IMG/VR virus record: IMGVR_UViG_3300028888_000057
DNA: 64,000 nt
Reading direction: 5' to 3' (one strand)
Origin: a virus
Taxonomy: Duplodnaviria > Caudoviricetes
Both the position numbers and the translations under genes were made by a program. Shown in pieces: positions 61,501 to 64,000 of the stretch (the first letter of the stretch is position 1; the number at the start of each line of letters is the position of its first letter). Below the pieces are notes generated by a model. That model made no database searches. It had not been told where the DNA came from and worked only from the letters and a program-made list of their open reading frames with translations.

Positions 61501-63999
61501 GAAAAACTCTCTGTCTTTTTGAGACATATCTCTATGATTTTCCTGAGCTCTAGACGTATATTCTTCGGCTTGACGCTTTTCTCTAGACTCTCTAGCTATC
61601 GCAGCTGCATAAGCGCGGCCTTCGTCATCTAATGTTTTTGCGTCAATCATTTTATGCTCCATTGCATATTGAACATCTTTTTCGACTTCTGCAAAAACGG
61701 ACTCATTATCCGCTCTTCTAGCTAAGATATGCGCGTCTTCTCGAGGATTATATCCAATTACACCACCAAGATCAGATACATATTTTTTAGCTACATCGTC
61801 CCAGTGCCCAACTCCAGCAAATGCCTTATATGAAGTTGCATTTGTTTCAGGATTCGGAGAATGCAAATTTTCATAATATTCCTGAGCATATTTGTCCATG
61901 ATGGAATTGTAGAAAATAGACTGAATAAGAGATTCAGCTGCTCCTTCTGCGCTAGACTTATAGTCTATTGTATATAGCAATCCATCATTTTTATTTCGAA
62001 GCATTAAGTCCGGTTTCGCGTGTGTCCGTTTTGAAGTGTCATATCCGACAATCTGGCCGTCTTTATCTCTTATTGGTATTTGAATGTTGAAATCTTTTTG
62101 CATCGGGATTGCGCCGAGGCTTTCTCCGTTTGGTCCATAACTATAAAAATCTCCTTCAACATTCACAGGACGTTCAGTGTCGAAGCCAAGATTATTTAAA
62201 GACTTAATAAACTTAGCTGATGATGAAACTGGATTATTTTTAGTCGGAAGTATTTTATTTAATTTTTGAACAGCTGTGTTACTTCTATCGCCTTTTACTT
62301 CAAATAAAGGCTTTTCACCGTCTTTGCTGATTCTCGATATGTTTATCCCGTATTGGTTTAATTTATCATTATATCCGCCAATATAAGCATCAGTATAAAA
62401 ATCATCTATAGATCTTCCATTTAAAGTTCCATCGGCCGCTGCTTTAAAATATTGCTCGAACGCCCCATGCATCAATAAACCTTGAAGGGTATGCTCGTTT
62501 TCAAACGGTTGATTTCGTAGTTCTGCTTGAGCCTGTAAGATTTGATCAGCAAGATTATTAAAGCTTTTTATTGTCGTTTCGGTGTTTCTTGCACCAGATG
62601 GAGTAAACTCAGTTGTATTTAGTCTATATTCTTTATCTGGCATCCAGTGCTTAAATGATGTCCAATTCATTTGAATATGATCATCATCCCAAACGCCGTT
62701 TTTTAATCTCTCTTCCTCTGCTGCTTTCTGAGCTTCTTCTTCTGCTTTCGCGTCATATGAAGTAATCTTCGCTTGTTCTTTTATTGCATCTCGGACCGCT
62801 GAATCAACAGCTTTGTCACTCTGCCTTTTGCTTTGATGCTTCACAAGACGATCAATTAAACCAAACCTGTCTCTATTTTCTTCAACGTTGTTTCCATTCG
62901 CTATTTCTGTTAAAATACGATCTCTTTCAGTTTGAAGGTTTTTAACAGTAAATCCTTCTCCGCTTTCAAGTTCGTGAATGCGACGAACAAATCTATTGTA
63001 TTTTTTATACTCTTCTTCGTCTGTTGAAACATTTCGACCGCTTAAACTGGCCTCCCAACGTTGTGCAATATCGTAACCATTTACGATATCTTCATCTGTC
63101 ATAGCTCGACCAGTCATCATTTCAGAGAACTTTTTAGCGTACCATCTTGTGGCTTGAGCTTCAGATGACGCGGATTTTCCGTATTTGCGTTCAATTAAAC
63201 GGTTTACATTATTGTTAAAATCGGAGAAATCTGTTGAACCGTTTTCATAATCTATTGCTCGCAAAGCAACAGCAAGTGCTCCTTGAGGGCCTGAAATAGT
63301 CGCGAACTTAACTTTAAAAAGTTGATCAAGAGCTTCTTCTTCTTTTTCGAGATATGGATCTCGACCATCTTCTTCTGCTAACTCATTAAGTTTTGTCACA
63401 AAACGAAGATAGCTTCCGCCATTACTAAGAAAAGATTCAGTATCTTTATCGAGTTTGAGTTCTTGACCTTTCGTTCTCATATCGGAAGAAGCAAAATCAT
63501 AAGCTTTCATTCCTTTATAAGCAAGCTTCCACTTTTGAGGATCTGAGTCGGGAAGATCCATGGCGTCTCGAATTATTTTCGAAGCAGCGCCCATTGCTCT
63601 CGTTGATTTCTGATAATTCTCAAGAGCTTTAATCCTACTTTCAAGCACATCTCCAGTTTTTGCTTTTGGTTCTTCTATATTACCTTTATAGCTTTCTTCT
63701 TTTTCTATTTCTGCTTGAGCTTCTTGTATTTTTTTGCTTATATAATCCATATGTGCATACGAGGCATCTTCAAGTCCGGCATACATACGGATTGTATCTC
63801 CATCGAAGTCTCCAGTGTTCATTTGATATGCTTGTTGAGTAGTTAAATATATTGCATTATCAAGCTGCTCTTGTGTAATCCCGAATTTTCCTAAAGCTTT
63901 AGAAGCCATGTTGTAAGCAACAATGCGCTGATCTGGCGCATCCGGATTTCTATTAAAAGCAGCACGTTTATTAAATGAAAGATTTTTGCCGCCTGTAGC
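49588..63999 (-). CDS. Giant tape-measure protein with N-terminal RNA polymerase-like and PD-(D/E)XK nuclease-like domains (5'-partial, at least 4803 aa)
   Basis: Frame open past ATG 63909 to the window edge; TP901-type domain about 59100-58200; TM region about 58100-57950; long coiled coils; GGLVDYTGLAWVDG..PEAFL C-domain; NRNP and GDFDGD motifs; upstream of Dit and Tal. Confidence 0.9.
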   Translation of the reverse strand, partial: ATGGKNLSFNKRAAFNRNPDAPDQRIVAYNMASKALGKFGITQEQLDNAIYLTTQQAYQMNTGDFDGDTIRMYAGLEDASYAHMDYISKKIQEAQAEIEKEESYKGNIEEPKAKTGDVLESRIKALENYQKSTRAMGAASKIIRDAMDLPDSDPQKWKLAYKGMKAYDFASSDMRTKGQELKLDKDTESFLSNGGSYLRFVTKLNELAEEDGRDPYLEKEEEALDQLFKVKFATISGPQGALAVALRAIDYENGSTDFSDFNNNVNRLIERKYGKSASSEAQATRWYAKKFSEMMTGRAMTDEDIVNGYDIAQRWEASLSGRNVSTDEEEYKKYNRFVRRIHELESGEGFTVKNLQTERDRILTEIANGNNVEENRDRFGLIDRLVKHQSKRQSDKAVDSAVRDAIKEQAKITSYDAKAEEEAQKAAEEERLKNGVWDDDHIQMNWTSFKHWMPDKEYRLNTTEFTPSGARNTETTIKSFNNLADQILQAQAELRNQPFENEHTLQGLLMHGAFEQYFKAAADGTLNGRSIDDFYTDAYIGGYNDKLNQYGINISRISKDGEKPLFEVKGDRSNTAVQKLNKILPTKNNPVSSSAKFIKSLNNLGFDTERPVNVEGDFYSYGPNGESLGAIPMQKDFNIQIPIRDKDGQIVGYDTSKRTHAKPDLMLRNKNDGLLYTIDYKSSAEGAAESLIQSIFYNSIMDKYAQEYYENLHSPNPETNATSYKAFAGVGHWDDVAKKYVSDLGGVIGYNPREDAHILARRADNESVFAEVEKDVQYAMEHKMIDAKTLDDEGRAYAAAIARESREKRQAEEYTSRAQENHRDMSQKDREFFLSRYPSDLETMNQIRSSIFREMDLPERKFNRFENYRNKLMEVLPEEVVNAVAYGYDSDSPVREKLTDDIRQKLRLLSQIDKLGSEAAVTDWDKAGEDITNSLNGVQRSNTMKTLSGVTSRLLAAKSSRDFIKKMEVGGESIYRGYITKMGPTGEYKELADAYLSPEEQAELFNVDSDNTKLAEVAREQKKRFLDSIDAEEVAMEEIKPALDRYLKSDKEAQDADWSSLIGEIQDPAEMIEAAFADKRKQIQQKIDNWSNEIKEASEKIVNPDITEDEAEAYAKIIKDRQDRIQQADSFLESDKPEAIVQRDLQQRLGLITQTPEEIVENWRKQRRVAVAGNKLTQEESDAILYEEFQRTGLMPDYTRDASSIMSKEEETKVDKINSQADDMLARLNRQRFDQLAKYQRELTNGNLSSTDRADIKVQQLKDQITAQRDVLGLDDPLRNEYDKILDNKDLWDQYSKRNREDEYFREVMKNAQTRVSKRNLDTLFSGEDFSAKEEFDQMYDQMKLQRDRYKAEHINDPDFDRNAFEQEYSNRRIKARAREQVSFNREQRNLQLDAEGYQLDAQLQGRSMTRDEEIQYRLAQAKASRNARAEKLRRAKRYSEQEALLLANTDPILEQRITEQYDNNQILRQLQRDNALTSSAMQGDIRVHNMQRAFSQANRQQQMRYSRSRIAQALYGVEQRRENAREQVYSIDRQKEDAQRNQDYYTKQLEIAKKSGDQEKINAAQFGYDQATQQLKNLDKASQEAKSQLDQLTSGGQTAQAVFGELGQAIGMVAQRLGRQLFQKALQETKRFVKEFDASMNEIQAITMKSNGEMRDVRTGTINRAIGLRTSVSNVATTEAALYRQGLSDTEVADRTESIIKFATVTKLNVAEATKIITTALQNDLVPSAEAAMDALVALGDSAATTAAEIGKGMQKAAASAKVAGVSYEELTALLTIGTSDTQLSGTQVGTALQTVFSRMRRLSLTGYTADQNGEKTTASDAEAALAAVGVDLWDNKTVGQMRSAYDVMLDLSKVWKNLSDAQKSIVTNAMAGTRQTNIFSTLMEGMSEDNGATLEKYLGLAEGSEGVTQSKYEIAMQSLAASMDTVRSSWDAVVESFVNGGDITNVLDLLSGFLQNIANGSNAAPILGGIAAGIAAIAVALNSVKLGPLAGIATILAALGGFAVASYGTNLLAGLGSTETEREKFEKKNAKALETLGTTKSYNDNDVKTQQDAIDEVKKLGKVYDSLNEKTDAAAKATAGNNLRAALLDLAKVFPNVSDSVQSAIEKLSGWEEAVKSAEDTAQKFKKDADKENVDNANQYVRDYLPENYRTLEGENITESRASEFEIGLKRALSNEQFIRGQGVNFSDDLTKEQAMSINFRDGGWLGLVEGEDENLARKRRANVFKRLWSSDQGKYRNSLKTFLSDSRYEDILQWLDGTQSLDLENEGVLDRISNAYEYVLDQFFSGNFTEARNQEQRKQNIQQVIDDAINSYKTSGTLEQVASLGNTSVEVIESGLRTLLTSQLYDENGNFKREYTRNGQSYSWLNDEGEFNEYALSNWFAQTFDYDNLSNAANEIKSYSETDAPYTIQGVNQTFWNQEDAEKYARDNNIALTKIKNNGTPVYPSTAQKSTQTVTQERQPALAKTEARNRYLNRVLEANTEQSLFDIYDLLAEGAELSNVQRDNPLLYELEQASHRQIRSGVRWSDYQSIAAAMLNGEDTSKAISSLMFNALQGNPNFVEDFTKENGNYSELFKVFQNFFGEQETQRIVEAARNRTLSTDADLQDYVARTLAEKGIKVGTGRTITNKEATDLARNLYGRNFQSLAEAQTVMTEEGWTTDEWSAIQSKYPEIISLLQMKPEQRAEEQEGINLDRNIQIKLNISGISELEEAGKVVQGTTQLLEDLQKNGNVSIKTQLQFGSEMHENQQRALMLENGTYEEQNAAMRAYGISDIEIQKDRAGSLRRAELMAENDREAFAGTLNELARLGQVELAADWAKQNGYEITDALYSYEDAVKFMDRYGFNVLSNGDVVGQSSGKINDKMTQLFWDMTQGKYTYTGKGANIDQVNPFLNAQQHYSQTDIAQAQRRILNGFSRDQFEDKNLYDTAAQSMSTYGTEFRRMVERNREAVSAGGTAVYGSAEMRRAKELADLEASQNEREADRQQLTEQLNMSASRYVRENAQQIVSARDIFTNGSFAEQLGLISGYSDTMRALQQAQYGLEGGNTAENRGYISSLLGLSDEQVDEMLQNGQEGELQTAINDKVKEFYQKLATELLPEELLTSLDFDTMSLDDIISSLDQVPEDLRELIEPFLNAINEAKNGVHSDNTYKSLSDIASSSLESTRKRGAAMSEVYNTLWGEGGEASFSERVSALQQNKNVDWGSIDNGLLYMVNSFGQEGSAITEDMINDAYYNALYGRKASPETQRATMNSLFGGNMSGQNMIDTYRDWMQNQEQYAAEINAFNSLDHSDELANILKSEGVSANTAEKALRKYNEQVNEDKLKDVTQFSKGSANLASALSKIKKGGKDASEGTEMIRKNIEGFQDQMTAISKAQGKSGKQLDTKTLGFIDSLFPEISSDEIKQLSKDRLAELLDGAEDAVNEAATDDFQAIWDSMVDDLSLNYDLSNITVNPDGTLNLDALDDTARAAVEEAIARLEAYAGDLASLTFVQEEGKEKINLKALISKNANGKYHGRGGGGGGGGKSAADKLLEKQKFDVSAIQHDQKMLEIQEKNYDRYNDDAAYRDNVNQQIQVQQRLADQYQKNIQEIENMRRSTKEGSDDWNKLTESLWAAQEAFAGVAEAVDALYAKMDAQQKQLYEYNSTLLQHKQTMSEIDYTFYMNVNDPEAALGEIDKQLTGINDIESEDRRRRAEIVSAMEDEYLRNGESDRYRDLVGERDSLTEKIAKSVNDRITLDATRLDVQRQYQQNEAIPYTHRLNMISSQMERADLNEDTESYNKLFEEQENIYKEIEERNNKHVTQLESLRDYYNSKGQTQNALNTTQEINSLLEQNDNMLTQRDKARKDKLEKEQNDTRESLQRQTMTEEHQNNGYALMANAYKRAGNHGAYRDMMQRQIANWRKMITVQKSLLAIEVQKLKAMVKETEEYYKQLQLVQEIEGKITELEANIANAEMDIMEDRVDEILEGIDRINDLSSHIQKLIKDQGQIYQNQGNWDAYFVMAEKRREELTSSVADMTAQAAQLKAEMGSVPYGSGAWDNLRQKVLSLEESISSARVELENFDRELEGIKVDRLLDEINRHEGNRTHNITLMQYEQTRYQTNGELTNYGIMLQKEIDYRKENTTAMEEELTLLREELENINLSEKDYYRLSDAIKKKEEALLQNNNAIEKNNKLLRQNEQAIRKTRLELEQMVLKVIEDNKKKQRDMLNNTVEMQNIILNVIKRRYQDEWDLEKETLDRKKDALEKEKQLINERLNYRRQMMNAENKYSELNDYQRQLALISADPTRSKESKELTRKIDELRQDIRWDEASQQAEAATERIEDEINAINEYVQIHGENLQEMLLDANNFAAEVKEVLSRSYSDIVLWLQQNDIDYQNSLDERKKQLEEGWKETWMAMKGIVETYWDEINEILSSQDSFMKFMYENSLDYANASVTGQLQLASQWQDGWTNAASAVSVALQAINYTPDIHEDFTPQNSEEAILEALGWDPDFSWYNNGSGYNPSFTSFDDHKNDGKEKGEEEDTKPDDTQPDQPTTEPTPAPTNPSDYAGTGDVVPKSEGPVAPEQPAPSANTGTQQKQQASKSTYDVYDKNGFKTSYSVQASSKTEAQKIVEKEYGSSYSATTHTSTSAGVGGSNVATGVPPLNIDISKPFNDLSNAVGNVLGSFFEGISDLGAKAAEANKQNQEKLLTNKHITGPNAEGGLVDYTGLAWVDGSMSKPEAFLSAYDTANIKALTDALNYVNIEPFRVPNLDKINTSNQTIGDINITINGAEMKDDADFEDVARRVGQEFTKQLRKEGLNLASYTF

Positions 64000-64000
64000 A

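Larger units (their letters stand above)
1..64000. mobile_element. Segment of a large temperate tailed phage (siphovirus-like tail module)
   Basis: Integrase and att core, dense small early genes, lysis cassette, tail fibres, Tal, Dit, tape measure; no host housekeeping genes. Confidence 0.96.

Noticed and set aside
63796-63813. GDFDGD as an FG-GAP/VCBS calcium-binding repeat
   Set aside because: Single copy, not followed by the usual G..D, and preceded by RNAP-like NRxP and AIxL blocks; disfavoured but not formally excluded

Overview
The whole window is part of one large tailed, temperate phage, probably of a Clostridia-type (Bacillota) host; no host genes are seen. Left end: a tyrosine integrase followed by an attP-type element (3' half of tRNA-Thr(GGT) plus terminator). 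1.3-17.9 kb (+ strand): about 55 small early/accessory genes (Lar-like and other Zn-finger proteins, pentapeptide repeat, ASCH, HTH, nucleoside deoxyribosyltransferase-like, HExxH protein, lipoprotein pair, HU), with two families of short junction repeats, a shared mid-gene motif and a tRNA-like RNA. 18-64 kb (- strand): late region with lysis cassette, several repeat-rich tail-fibre-like proteins, a six-gene module of unknown function, Tal, Dit and a giant (>4800 aa, 5' end outside the window) tape-measure protein. Main finding: N-terminal to its TP901-type tape-measure domain, this protein carries the beta'-type RNA polymerase active-site signature (NRxP...AIxL...DFDGD) and a RecB/Cas4-like PD-(D/E)XK nuclease. 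It is a candidate RNA polymerase-nuclease-tape measure fusion delivered from the virion. All family calls are motif recognition by eye; no searches were run.
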